64,000 bases of DNA, taken from Eledone cirrhosa. Taxonomy: Eukaryota. Position 1 is the stretch's first letter. Each line of letters opens with the position of its first letter. The stretch lies in NCBI GenBank assembly GCA_964016885.1, contig CAXHJY010001549.1:143208-207207 (forward strand), written 5' to 3'. The notes below the pieces were generated by a model. It was given only the letters and a program-made list of their open reading frames with translations. It had not been told where the DNA came from and made no database searches. The translations under genes were made by a program, and so were the position numbers. Positions 1-12,690 of the stretch are shown here, one piece after another.

Positions 1-685
1 ATAATTATCCTGTTTACCTCTAACTTAGAACACACAATGAAGACTCTACATTGTCACTTGACCAACTAGAAATAACAGCCAAGAATCCTTCAAATCATAC
101 CCCTAAGAAAATAGAGTAACTGGGATTGAAAAGAAAAAAGATGAGATAGTTACAACAGAAATGCCTTTAATCACTGGACTACTCATTTGGATGATGCTAG
201 TTGCAGAAAAATTTCAAATATATGGTCATGTTGTTATAATTGTCATAATTATTCACAAATATTATCTCATGTTATTTGAAATCCAAAAGACATATCAGCT
301 GTGAATCTAAAGTATTTGCCTACAGAGCGCAAGGGTATGTTATGCTCTGAATAAGGCGCATAACTGCTAGTCAACAAGGGAGTCTTTAACCAGATGTTTA
401 TTTTACTAGAAATAATGAAATCACAGTAAAATCAGATCCCACTAGCTTAGAAAAGAGAGGGTTCTGCTAGTACATCACCCTAGACTCATATTTTATTTGT
501 TGGCCTTGGCCAGAATTTCAACACAGAACACAAAGAGCCGAAATATATCACACAAAACATTCTGTATGATGTTCCACTGCTTCTGCCAATTTGCTGAAGA
601 AAGTCCATTGAGGTATTTATTTGTAGTGCATCTGAGCACTGTACACAATAATTTTCATTATTGCTATATTATTATTATATTATTA

Positions 686-880
686 TAGGGCGGTGAATTG
701 GCAGTATCGGTAGAGGGTTGGACGTCATGCTTTCTAGCATAGTTACGTCCCTTTATGGTCTGAGTTCAAATCCCGTCGAGGTTAACTTTACCTTTCATCC
801 TTACGGGGTCGATAAAATAAAGTACCAGTAATGTACTGGTTGATTGCTGGCCTTGTGCCTAAAGTAGAAACAATTATTAT
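686..880 (+). mobile_element. tRNA-derived SINE family A
   Basis: TGGCAGTATCGG A box, GAGTTCAAATCCC B box, core CCTTTCATCCTTACGGGGTCGATAAAATAAAGTACCAG, tail GGCCTTGTGCCTAAAGTAGAAAC(ATT)n; about 20 full or partial copies in window. Confidence 0.85.
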
Positions 881-1192
881 TATATTAGCCCTATATTTTC
901 TTAGTTCAAGCAGAATCTCAACTTTGCCTTTCATCCTTCTGAGATGAATAAAATAAGTGTACCAGAGTCAATTTAATTGACAAAATATTAAATGAAATAA
1001 TGATGTATATACTTTATATTTCTGCATGCTTTGCTCACAAAAATCGACATAACTAAGCAGAGGTTCAAAACAAGCTCATATACTTCAAAAACATTTGATA
1101 CGATTTTAAAGAAACAATGCAGTTATTAATAATAAGAGTTAAAATTAATGCATGCAAGATTTCCCAGCTCTAGCATCCTTCCTTCATATTTA

Positions 1193-1471
<279 letters not shown>

Positions 1472-1588
1472 TCAAAACTAATTAAAAACTGAAATCTAAT
1501 TTGAAAAAACAAACAAAAAAAACACAGGAATTACTTGATTCAATAAATTAATATTCAGATACTTTCTAGAAAGTAATTGTTAGTTTAA

Positions 1589-1777
1589 CCCTTAAGCATT
1601 TACATTACTCAATATTTACTATCATATTTTCATGGTAAACACATTATCTCATATAATATTGAATCTACAAGATTATTTATTTTTAGAACAATACCTTAAT
1701 ATAAGTATGAGCAGCCAGTTATGGCTGGTTTGAACAGAAAGAGGTGAGAGAATTCTGGCCAGTTTAATGCTAAAAGG
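1589..1777. mobile_element. piggyBac-type MITE
   Basis: TTAA TSDs, same TIR and body as 5091-5292. Confidence 0.75.
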
Positions 1778-2672
1778 TTAAAGGGGTGAATCACTGACCA
1801 AACAGTAATAATCTCAAATCTTATATCTACAGCTATTGTGTTGTGCTCTTGAGCAAAGCCAACTAGTCAGCCTACTCCAGTTTAAATGACTAATAATAAT
1901 AATAATAGAGACATTCCTACTTTACAGGAAGTAAGAAGGGCATCTTGCTATAGAAACAACTGCTACAAAAAAAAAAAAAAATTTAAATACCCCATTCATG
2001 AAAAGTGACAGAAGCCAAAGAAATTACTGACCACTTAACTGAAGGGTTGTGATTTCTAATCTCAGAACTGGTACCATGTTATGTCCTGAGGTGTCCAGCC
2101 ATAGAGCAGCAGTACAGTTAAGAGTAATAAACTCTTTGGAAAATGACAAATGTTTTGATTGTTTAGAAATCCATACTTACAATTTTAACTGGGATTTCAA
2201 TGATACTCATATAATAAATGTAATTGCAATGAATGACTCAGAATTCTCATTTATCAGGCAACAACAGTTTTATAAATTAAACCTTAATACTTACCACTGC
2301 CTTCTAAAAGACAATTTCCTGTTTCAGGAGAAAGATTTAGCATATTCATTTCATTACAATTCCATAGTAAAATTAATTCACCAAACTCTTAACTAAACAA
2401 ACCAATATTTCAAATAGCACCACTTAAGCTCAAGTCATATTAAACGGTTAACTTCTCCTTTAGAGAGTATTTTTACAATATTTATATCAACATTACATCT
2501 CAATTAGTTTGATCTCTGACATTTGGTGGTTTATTATTAGATATAAATATGGTACCAGACTACTTTTAAACTATTATTGGACATATATATGGTACCAAAC
2601 TACTTTTAAATGATGGGATCTTTATTCTCTAAACTAAGAATAGTAATGCTCTCATTCCCAAGGTCATATATA

Positions 2673-2946
2673 TAATAATACAAGGACGATTGGTTAAGCC
2701 TTCATTACGTTTATTGATTGGTGACGCGCATTTCACTATTGATCAGCTCAAGGTTCAATCTGTATTGATCTGGCCCGACTCTGGAATCAAAAGCTTGTTG
2801 GACCTCTGTTGTAGTAATGACAGAAGTCTGACGAGCTTTTGACTCCAGAGTCAGGCCAGATCGAACCATGAGCTGATCAATAGCGAAACACGCGTCACCA
2901 ATCAATAAACGTAATGAAGGCTTAACCAATCGTCCTTGTATTATTA
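2673..2946. mobile_element. Palindromic fold-back element of two inverted hammerhead-bearing Penelope-like termini
   Basis: Outer ~55 bp arms perfectly complementary (TAATAATACAAGGACGATTGG... / ...CCAATCGTCCTTGTATTATTA); imperfect symmetry to centre; single-arm copy at ~38960-39148. Confidence 0.75.
2826..2898 (+). ncRNA. Hammerhead ribozyme-like motif (type I, extended stem II)
   Basis: GT-CTGACGA-GCTTTTGA...TCAATAGC-GAAA-CACGCG-TC-AC, followed by AATAAA; stem I only 2-3 bp. Confidence 0.6.
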
Positions 2947-3015
2947 CACTCTGTATAGCTCTACACCTCGCTAGTGATGTGAACCTAAACACCTGGGTGA
3001 ACCTACAGTAACTTC

Positions 3016-3057
<42 letters not shown>

Positions 3058-3421
3058 TAGGATTGGTGCTCTGATATATATATATCCAGAAATCCAGTTT
3101 TCAGCTCTGTACTTATCTATGAATAAGATATTTGAATACAATCAGAGCTAATTGAAATGAAGATTAGCTATAATATAAAAAATTGTAAATATGTTCTAAA
3201 GGTTCGAGTAAGTCTGACAAATTTAATTTTTATCAACTCATATATGTTCCAATAATGAAAAATATTGAAATGGTATGTACTGTTGACACACTCTTCTAAT
3301 TTTATTACTGATACCTATAGGCTGATTTGACCTGAAAAGAAGCTTAAATCTGAACAACTAACAGCAGTCATCATACAACTATTAAAGAAATCTTGTGTAA
3401 TATTCTATTATTTTGACTTAC

Positions 3422-3511
3422 CTTAGATGTGCTCTTAAATGTGAAGTTTTACCATAGACTTTATTACATCCAGGGATATGACATGTATGTTGTTTCTTTT
3501 TCTCACTATTT
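3422..3511 (-). CDS. Sp1-4: Sp1-4-like transcription factor, coding exon 4 (most of ZF1)
   Basis: Translation NSEKKKQHTCHIPGCNKVYGKTSHLRAHLR; acceptor TTTTAG, donor AAG|GTAAGT; 90 nt, phase 2 to 2. Confidence 0.97.
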
Positions 3512-3577
3512 CTAAAAGACATTGAAAAATAAAAACAAAATTAGTTTATACTGTTCTGAATATAAATAACTGGAAAT

Positions 3578-3945
3578 AGAAATTGTCATTGGTTTCTACT
3601 AGAATATATCTAAGTCCTCAAGGAAGCATTAGAAATTGTCTTTGGTTTGTATTAGAATATATCTAAGCCCTCAAGGAAGCATTAGAAATTGTCTTTGGTT
3701 TGTATTAGAATATATCTAAGCCCTCAAGGAAGCATTAGAAATTGTCTTTGGTTTGTATTAGAATATATCTAAGCCCTCAAGGAAGCATTAGAAATTGTCT
3801 TTGGTTTGTATTAGAATATATCTAAGCCCTCAAGGAAGCATTAGAAATTGTCTTTGGTTTGTATTAGAATATATCTAAGCCCTCAAGGAAGCATTAGAAA
3901 TTGTCTTTGGTTTGTATTAGAATATATCTAAGCCCTCAAGGAAGA
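3578..3945. repeat. 53-bp minisatellite, ~7 copies
   Basis: AGAAATTGTCTTTGGTTTGTATTAGAATATATCTAAGCCCTCAAGGAAGCATT. Confidence 0.95.
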
Positions 3946-4261
3946 ATTTGTTTAACAAGTACTTCATGGAGCTATTATGATTTAAGATGCTACAGAAGTG
4001 TAAAAAAACTAAAATGTTAAAATGTAGGAGTGTTAGGGTAAACGAAAAGATAAAGCTGAATATCATGAGACATTATCAAATGTAAACTTGGAATAGAAGG
4101 TGTATATAATGTAAGAGTGTATATTAGATATTACCAAATGTAAACTTGGAATAGAAGGTGTATATAATGTAAGAGTGTATATTAGATATTATCAAATGAA
4201 AACTAGGAATAAAGTGTATATATGGTAAGTGCTCTATCGATTACTGACAATCCACTGCCCT

Positions 4262-4500
4262 AATAATAATGATTTCTAGTATAGGCACAAGGCCAGTAAT
4301 TTAGGAGGAGGGGGAAGTCGATTAAATCAACCCAAGTACATTACTGGTGTTTTATTTTATCAACCCCATAAGGATGAAAGGCAAAATTAACCTCAGCAGG
4401 ATTTGAACTCAGACCGTAAAGAGCCATAACTCAATGCTGCAAAGCATGGTGTCCGACTATCTTCTGATACTGCCAATCCATCGCCCTCACTGCCCTAATA
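4262..4500 (-). mobile_element. SINE family A
   Basis: Reverse complement of family A consensus. Confidence 0.85.
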
Positions 4501-4585
4501 ATAATGATAATGAAAAACAAGACCTCAATAGCTGAAATATAAATAATATAAGATGTGACTGTAAGGCAGGTATTTTTTCACTTAC

Positions 4586-4796
4586 CTCCCTTCTGAATCT
4601 CTGCAATTGGGACAAGTACAAGCAACCCTTCGTAGTCTCTTGCCAGGTACCACATCTGTGCTTTGTTGTTGTTGCTGTTGCTGTGGACTGTCAGCGGGGC
4701 TTAGGGGGCCGATCGGAGTGGGTGTTTGTGATGTAGTTTGAACCACTTGCCACTTTGAAGGGTCACTAGGGTCCGGCTGTAGATGACCATGAGGTG
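4586..4796 (-). CDS. Sp1-4: Sp1-4-like transcription factor, coding exon 3 (poly-Q, Buttonhead box)
   Basis: Manual translation APHGHLQPDPSDPSKWQVV...QQQQQQQSTDVVPGKRLRRVACTCPNCRDSEGR; acceptor TTTCAG, donor GAG|GTAAGT; phase 1 to 2. Confidence 0.96.
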
Positions 4797-5090
4797 CTGA
4801 AATAATGCCAGTAACAATTGTTGAAACAACATATCAAAGTAACAAAAAGAAAAGGTATAACTGCAATAGGAATATTACTGTTATTACATAAATGCACATG
4901 TACAATGTTAGCCCTTAATGTCCTGTACCACATGAAACCACATTAGCAAGACATTTTTGGAAAGTACAAAACAGCACCATGATTGCATTACATTAAAAAT
5001 GAAAGTATTTACTCTAATATTGAAAATATTTGCAACAATGTGTGCTCAGGTGAAGATACTATAAACATTTGAATTAACAAACCCATTTAA

Positions 5091-5292
5091 CCCTTTAGCA
5101 TTTACATTACTCTGTATATACTATTATATTTTCACAGTAAAAGCCTTTACCTCACATAAATATCTCACAGAAGATCGAATCTATGAGATTTTGATATTAT
5201 TAACTTTAGTATGAGTGGCTGGTTACAGCCGGTTTAAACAGAAAGAGGTGAGAGAATTCTGCCTGGATATGACCGGTTTAAATGCTAAAGGG
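5091..5292. mobile_element. piggyBac-type MITE (TTAA TSD, CCCTTTAGCATTTA TIR)
   Basis: TTAA|CCCTTTAGCATTTA...TAAATGCTAAAGGG|TTAA; other copies 1589-1777, ~9601-10052 (interrupted), ~10127-10280, 28629-28848. Confidence 0.8.
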
Positions 5293-5929
5293 TTAAACAT
5301 TTTCTAAATCATTACAGGATGTTAAAAGTTTTAAAAAGGCATGCATACATTTTTTTTAAGCAGAAAAATAAAATTTATGCAGCACACATTATTCATTCAC
5401 GATTCACATTCGCCCATCATATAGCTATAACATTGATGATGCAGTCTTTCATAGTGAGGGAGGGGGGGGGGGGGGGGGGGGGGGTAGAACTAATTTAAAA
5501 AAAGATCTTCTAACAGATATTGTTATGTATATTGTCAATCTCCGAGAGAAGTACTAAATAGTTGACAATGTGTACTGAAGTTTATCCCAACTGTTACAAA
5601 CTTATGAAATTGAAAAAAGCAAAAAACAAAATCTCCCTTCCTGGGTCAGAACAGAAAACAATGACAAGATTTGACCAGAGCAAGATTTCAACTCCACGCT
5701 ACAAACTAATGTAACTCTAAATAAGAAATGTTCTATACCATTCAATAGTATCTAGCCTGGAAAACTGACAGTAAAGAGAGAAAAATATTAGATAACATAC
5801 AGTCCAGGAGTGGGTTAATCAATTTGTAATTTGGGATTCAATCTCTCAGCATGGAACCCTCTGCAAAAGCATTCTGGTAAACAGAAATTGTAAGGAAGCT
5901 ACTTGTGTGTGTATGTGTGTTATATATGA

Positions 5930-6315
5930 GTAGACTGGATAGAAATGAAGCAGCCATGCCTTGCTGGATGTGCAGTGTAAATATGAGAGAAAGGCAGAGC
6001 TTAGATGAACTGAGGGAGAAGCTGGGATTAAAAGGAATCTGAGGTGGTGTGCAGGAGAGAAGACTGCATTGGTACAGATATGTGATGCTCATGGATGATG
6101 AACAATGGGTGAAGAGGTGCCAGGAAATGCCTGTGGATGGAAGCTGCAGTAGCGGCAGATCGAGAAAAACCTGGGCAGAGGTGGTGAGAGCTAACCTCAA
6201 ATTGCTGACACTTACAGAGAAGAGGACGAAGAAACACAGTGAGTGGAGAGATGCTGTGCTGGAAAGAACCTGTCCAACCCATGCACAGAAAAATGGATGT
6301 AAAAATGATGGTGAT
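5930..6315 (+). mobile_element. RTE LINE 3' fragment
   Basis: ORF 6049..6321 QERRLHWYRYV...GRSRKTW; GATGGTGAT tail. Confidence 0.85.
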
Positions 6316-6447
6316 ATATAAATTGAGAATAGAATTAGAAGCTTTCATATATGTATGTATGTAAAAGGTAAACAGAAATAAAAACACAATCGGTACAGTA
6401 TATGGAAGGTATATATTAGGTTAACGCTTGATATAGCAGGAAGAGGG

Positions 6448-6483
6448 TCATAACATTTCGGACGCTAGTCCTTCATCAGAAGA
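6448..6483 (-). ncRNA. Minimal hammerhead ribozyme-like motif in a Penelope-like terminus
   Basis: Minus strand TCTT-CTGATGA-A-GGAC-TAGC-GTCC-GAAA-TG-TT-ATGA; sibling at 38513-38548 has GAAACGTTAAGA. Confidence 0.65.
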
Positions 6484-6584
6484 AAGAATGAGAAATAAAA
6501 TAGATTGAGGAGACAGGCGGGGTGGAATTGGAAAAAATGTCTTTAGATAAAAATAACAGGTCCATTCATGTTGACATCTCTTGC

Positions 6585-6915
6585 ATCATCACCATTTTAT
6601 GTCCGCTTTCTCCCTGCTTGCAAGAGTGGGACGGGAACTGATTCTGGCTTGATTTCTACAGCTGGATGCCCTTCCTAACACCAACCTCATTTACAGTGAG
6701 TGCTGGGTGCTTTTTTTGCCGTGGCACCTCCACGACTACTTTGCAGTGGAATGATAGGGACCCCAGTCCCTATAATCTCATTTCTACAGCTGAGTAAACT
6801 GGAGCAATGTGTAATAAAGTGTCTTGCTCAAGGAAACAACACATCACCCGGTCTGAGAATTGAACTCACAACCTTTCGATTGCAAGGCCAATGCTCTAAC
6901 CACTAAGCCATGTGC
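6585..6915 (-). mobile_element. tRNA-headed SINE with RTE-derived 3' end (second copy 12325-12690)
   Basis: Minus strand TGGCTTAGTGG (A box), GAGTTCAATTC (B box), CCTTGAGCAAGACACTT body, then RTE 3' UTR and GGTGATGATG tail. Confidence 0.8.
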
Positions 6916-6995
6916 ATATATATATATATATATATATTCTGCTATGTATTGAGTACCTTACTTACTGTGGTTACCCCTGATTCAACCCAGAATAA

Positions 6996-7036
<41 letters not shown>

Positions 7037-7375
7037 GTATACATGTATATATATTGGTAGGTATTCATATATTTTCTAACCTGGCAGGTTAAAATGTTTA
7101 GTGAACCGAAACGGAAAGAAAGGAGGTGTTGAAATAGGTGGCTCTAGGAAAATAAAGCCACACCTAATCTATTGTATTATGAATGTTGTTTAGATGGTAT
7201 GTAGATATTGAAGTGACTATTGATTTGTATAAATAAGGTGGAAGATAACTCTGAGCAGTGCAGAAATTAATTTGAGGTAACTTGCATTTTAACAAAGAAT
7301 ATCTGACTTTAGAGGAGAATATCCAGAGCACAAAGTTATACAGATGTAAAGTAAAATATTATTAGATTTATATAT

Positions 7376-7925
7376 CATCATCATCATCAGTTTTATGTCC
7401 ATTTTTCCACGCTAGCATGGATTCAATGAGTTGTCCTATTGTGGGCAATGCCAGGTCAGGTGACCATGACTTGCTCATACAGAACTGATTCTGGCTTGAT
7501 TTCTACAGCTGGATGCCCTTCCTAACACCAACCTCATTTACAGTGAGTAATGAGTGCTTTAATCATGGCGCTTGCACAATCACTTTACAGTGAGGACTGG
7601 GTGCTTTTTATTGTGACACCTACGCGACCACTTTATAGTGGGAGGGAAGCGCATACTGTCTATAGGCTTCAGCTTCGGCTTGTACCTCTGGGAAATCAGG
7701 TTTTCTGTATTACTGCATAACGCCAGAGACTAGGTCCTGTGTCATCGCCTTTGAGAGGTGCAATTGGGCAAGATCGGCTTTTATCACCTCATCCCAAGGC
7801 TTCCATAGACCTTGTGCGCTCTGCACCTTTTTATGTAGCTGTCATCTTTCATACGCATCACATGTCGATACCAACATAATCTCCTTTCCTGCTCACAGCA
7901 TTTGAGTCCTCTTATGCCTAGTCTC
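7376..7925 (-). mobile_element. Older RTE 3' fragment and 3' UTR
   Basis: Diverged homologue of 13085-13650 (GGATGCCCTTCCTAACACCAACC; (CAT)n tail on +). Confidence 0.8.
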
Positions 7926-8395
7926 TATATATACATGCAAAAGTAACAGAGTAGTGACATCTGTAGAGGTGCAAGAGTCACATAGAATAGTGACATCTGT
8001 AGAGGTAGGAGAATAACATAGAGTAGTGACATCTGTTGAGGTAGAAGAGTAACATAGTGACATCTGTAGAGATTCTTGTACAGTAAGTTATGACAAATAT
8101 GCTGGTAATATAGAATAGGAAGAGTAGTGGAGGAAAGGGAGGAGGGGGATAAATGAAGGTCAGACAGTGCAATGGAACAACCAGATGATTAATGATGGGT
8201 AAAACCAACAGGTCAGCAGCTTTGCTAGAAAATTCTATTAGCTGACTGAATTTAATAATCAACACATTGACCTAACCACTAATTACATCAGTAAACTATA
8301 CAATGACTAGGTGATGACAACAAACAACAAAATATATGAGACAAGCCCAATCAGGAACATAAAGAGCAAAGAATATATTAACTACCTGTATATAT

Positions 8396-8687
8396 AATAG
8401 ACACAGGGCCAGCAATTTGGGGAGAGGGGAAAGTCGATTAAATTGACTCCAGTGCATTACTGGTGTTTTATTTCATTGAGCCCAGTGCATTACTGGTGTT
8501 TTATTTCATTGAGCCCAGTGCATTACTGGTGTTTTATTTCATTGAGCCCAGTGCATTACTGGTGTTTTATTTCATTGAGCCCATAAGGATGAAAAGCAAA
8601 GCTAACCTCGGCAGGATTTGAACTCAGAATGTAAAGGGCCATGCATAGTGTCCGATACTCTACCGATATTGCCAATTTGCCACCCTA
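8396..8687 (-). mobile_element. SINE family A with internal 33-bp unit repeated four times
   Basis: CCCAGTGCATTACTGGTGTTTTATTTCATTGAG tandem at ~8449-8583. Confidence 0.85.
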
Positions 8688-8848
8688 ACTAGCTGTGTAT
8701 ATATAATAACATCAGAAGACAATGAGTGTTTTGTTCAAACTTTATAGATACATGAGGACTAATGATGAAAGAAAAAGTACATACACATCACATACCAATA
8801 TCACAAAGATGTTTTGTTATATGAGATACTCATGTAATGTGGCTAATA

Positions 8849-9160
8849 TCGAGTTTCCCCTATTATATGACCTACTCAAAAAATAGGCTCTAACATGATT
8901 TTTATTTTGCTGTCCAATATAAGCCCTATCTCGAAAATAAATCCTAGCGCATTTTTACGAGAAAAATTAACATAAAAAATCTTTCAATGATATTGTTTTT
9001 AACTCTATAATATATATCTTTTATTTCTGACATCAGCATAATGATACTTTTATCAAAACTCTTGTGCTGTTATTTTTTGTGTAAAAATATAAGCCCTACC
9101 CCAAAATTAAGCCCTAGTGTCTTTCTTTTAGATAAAAGTAATATAAGACCAGTCTTATAT
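8849..9160. mobile_element. Degenerate pogo/Tigger-like DNA transposon remnant
   Basis: Repeated ATAAGCCCTA / ATAAGACC subterminal motifs. Confidence 0.4.
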
Positions 9161-9615
9161 AAAATGTCCTTATTTACGACTCTAAGTATCTATTACTTTG
9201 AAAACTGGACCTCATTTATATAATATAGATACTTTCAAAATGGACCTTATAATCATATAATATAAATACTTTCAAAACCCAATATAAATTGACAAGTAAA
9301 GAACACTTAAGTAAAGTAAAATATAAAGTCTGGAAGTTAAAACAATGAAAATATTAATAGAAACGATATAGTATTTGAAAGTCTCCTTCATCATCATGTT
9401 TAAGTAGCCAAATTGAATAACTCACACCATCCAAAGTAGGATTAAATTCCTCCATATAAACATTATTTCATATATAAACAGTGTAAAATTCATTTTGGAA
9501 AATCAATCAGCAGTCCCTTCTTGATAAAGTAAATCAATATTGCAAAGGTATCTTTGGAAAGATACTTCTGAATTAATAAAGATAGGGCCGGGCAGTTTAA
9601 CCGTTTAGCATTTAC

Positions 9616-9890
9616 ACCGCAAGGTGGTCGTGGAGGTGCCACGGCAAAAAAGCACCCAGCCCACACTGTAAAGTGGACGTGTAGGCGCCACGAAAAAGCA
9701 CCCAGCACTCACTGTAAATGAGGTTGGTGTTAGGAAGGGCATCCAGCTGTAGAAATCAAGCCAGATCAGTTCCTGTATGAGCAAGGCATGGTCAGCCGAC
9801 CAGACACTGCCCACAACAGGACAACCCGTCTAACCCATGCTAGCGTGGAAGAACGGACGTAAAACGGTGATGATGACGGTGATGATGATT
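9616..9890 (+). mobile_element. RTE 3' UTR copy nested in a TTAA MITE
   Basis: Near-identical inverted copy of 13085-13349; splits the MITE sequence CATTTAC|ATTACTC. Confidence 0.85.
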
Positions 9891-10599
9891 ACTCTATATT
9901 TACTATCATATTTCCATGGTAAAGGCTTTACCTCACATAATACTGAATCTATGAGATTTTGATAGCATTTATTTTGAAAACAATACCTTAACATCAGTAT
10001 GAGTGACTGGTTATAGCCAGAGAGAATTTTGGTTGGTTTAAATGCTAAAGTGTTAATAGCAATAAGCAACTTTAAAACTAAGCGACCACATATACATTTT
10101 TTAAGCTTCATCTCAATCTTTGCTCTAACCCTTTTAAATTGGCCATATCCAGCCAGAATTTCCTCACCTCTTTCTGTTCAAACCGGCCACAACCGGCTGC
10201 TCATACTTATATTAAGGTATTTTTCCAAAAATAAATAATACCAATATCTCGTAGATTCGATATTATGTGAGATAATACAATAGTAAATATAATACTAATC
10301 TGTTTGATACTAAACCACCTGAAACTGGTTTCATACTAAATTACCTGCTTCTATAATACTAACTTTCTTATTTTAAAGTTTTTAAATTTGTGCAGAAAAA
10401 ACTTCCAGCATAATTTTAAGTAAGAACCTTTGTTAACTTAAGTTTCAAACACCACCATTTACTGTTCTCCTATTTTGAACAGATATAATAAAGATAATTA
10501 TTAGACTTTATAGACCATTTAGAAGAAGCTGCAGTGATAAATCACACAAGAGGTCTCTAGTCTGTACAGAACTGTGAAAGTACTGACAAGACTGACTTT

Positions 10600-11990
10600 A
10601 GTACAGTGTCAAATCACACAAAAGGGTCTGTAGTCTGTACAGAACTTTGAAAACATAGACAGGAGCAAGAAGTGGCTTGTGTGTGTGTGCCAACTAAAAG
10701 TAAAGATAATCAAGCGTTAGTAACAAGCAAAGAATAATCAGCCAGGTGGGTAGAACATTTCCAGGAAGTACTCAATCAACTGGACCAAACCACCCATTTC
10801 AACTTCAATCAAGAGAAGCCTTTGGTAGATCACAGGTGAGAGATGGGGACATCTTAATGGAAGAAGTCATCAAAGACCTCAGGTGAGAGATGATAACATC
10901 TCAAAAGAAGTCATCAAGGTCATTTGTTACTTGAGGAACACCAAGATAGCAGGGCTAGACAAGATAATAACAGAATTGCTTCGTCATAGAGATGTCACCA
11001 TAGAAGAGTTGAGACATCTTTACAACTTAATATGGCACAAAGAGCTAGTTGTCAAAGCCTTGGGTGATAGAATGATAGCAACATTACCCAAGAAAGGTGC
11101 TTTAAGTGACTGCAACAAATAGCATGGAATAAGCTTGCTCTCAGTCCCTGGAAAGGTTTATTCACTCGAAGAAAGCAGTTGATGAGAGAAGTAGGCCAGA
11201 TTGAAGAATGGAAGGTGGTGCAGTGAATACATCCTGATGTCACACAATATCATGGAGCTGAGTCTTTAGTTCCAACTATTACTTCAGATGGAGACAGAGA
11301 AGACAAAATGACTTTGACTTTGCTGACAAGCTGAGCTTTCTTAGTGACTTAGTAACAGCAACTCAAAGCTTGGTCTTCAGATCAGCATTGAAAAACACTG
11401 AAGTGATATTGGAGGAGGGACAAAAGCAACCAGTTCAGCTGGAAGGCCAGACTTTGGAGACTATTGGCACTTTCATATACTTGGGTAGTGTTCTCACTCA
11501 AGATGGTAATTCAAGAACTGATGTGGAAATGAGATTCAGCAAAGCAGCAGCTGTCTTTCAGCATCTGAAGCCTGAATGGTCCAACTCCTCCATTAACCAA
11601 GGCAAAAATCTCCACCTGTATAAGCTAGTAATGTGCCAATGGTTATTTATGCTTATAAGACATGAAAACAAAACCCCTGTACAATCTACAGAACTACAGA
11701 TGTTTTCTATAGACATTGTTTTAAAAACCATACTTAAGATTTTTTGGTGTGACCTCGAATGGAAAGGTCATGGAAAGGGCCTGGATAATCTCAGGGATAC
11801 TATCACCATACGATAGCGGAAGATGCTTGACCATGCCCACAAAGAGACCAAAAGAAAGCCAAAAAGAGGGCATAGGAAGCAAGATAAACCTATCAAGACC
11901 TGGCGGACATGGGCCTGGTCAGGGAGAATGCCCATGAGAGTGCTTGTGACCATGCAGAATGGAGATCCCTTGTTCAATACTTCAGAGAGC
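10600..11990 (+). mobile_element. Degenerate RTE-type LINE reverse transcriptase fragment (different family)
   Basis: Broken frames with RWVEHFQEVLN, AGLDKIITELLR, LPKKGALSDCN, FIYLGSVLTQDG; many stops and frameshifts. Confidence 0.85.
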
Positions 11991-12324
11991 AAAAAGAAAT
12001 ATATATATATGTGTGTCTACATACATATATACATGATGGTTTGCCACAACAATGATACCAAATTTCGCAAGCCACCCCTGGTTCAAATATATTCTCTGTT
12101 TGTGTTTGCTGTAATTCCTTTTACTTTTATTGATTAACTAATTCTGCAATCCGCACATGATGAATATGCTAAGGTCTTGTGTCAGGATCAATGTAACTTG
12201 GCCATTGAAATTTGTATAGTGTTTTTCGCAACATGAAAACCTTAAAAGAATATTTAAAGTCAAGCCCTCTGTTGTTTTAAATAAATAAATATATATATAA
12301 ATATATATATGTGTAAATATATAT

Positions 12325-12690
12325 CATCATCATCATTTTACATCTGCTTGGAAGGATGGGATGGGAACTGATTCTGGCTTGATTTCTACAGCTGGAAGCC
12401 CTTCCTAACACCAACCTCATTTACAGTGAGTGCTGGGTGCTTTTTTTCCGTGGTACCTACACATCCACTTTACAGCGTGGGCTGGGTGCTTTTTTGCCGT
12501 GGCACCTCCACGACCACTTTGCAGTGGAATGATAGAGACCCCAGTCCCTATCATCTCATTTCTACAGCTGAGTAAACTGGAGCAATGTGAAATAAAGTGT
12601 CTTGCTCAATGAAACAACACATCACCCGGTCTGAGAATTGAACTCACAACCTTTCGATTGCAAGGCCAATGCTCTAACCACTAAGCCACA
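12325..12690 (-). mobile_element. tRNA-headed SINE with RTE-derived 3' end
   Basis: Near-identical to 6585-6915 with one extra internal repeat. Confidence 0.8.

Noticed and set aside
1-1189. Search for the Sp ZF3 exon (RSDHL motif)
   Set aside because: Not found by eye; presumed to lie outside the window
5463-5484. Poly-G runs as functional G-quadruplexes (also ~18319 and C-run ~55191)
   Set aside because: Homopolymers with no supporting context; length is error-prone
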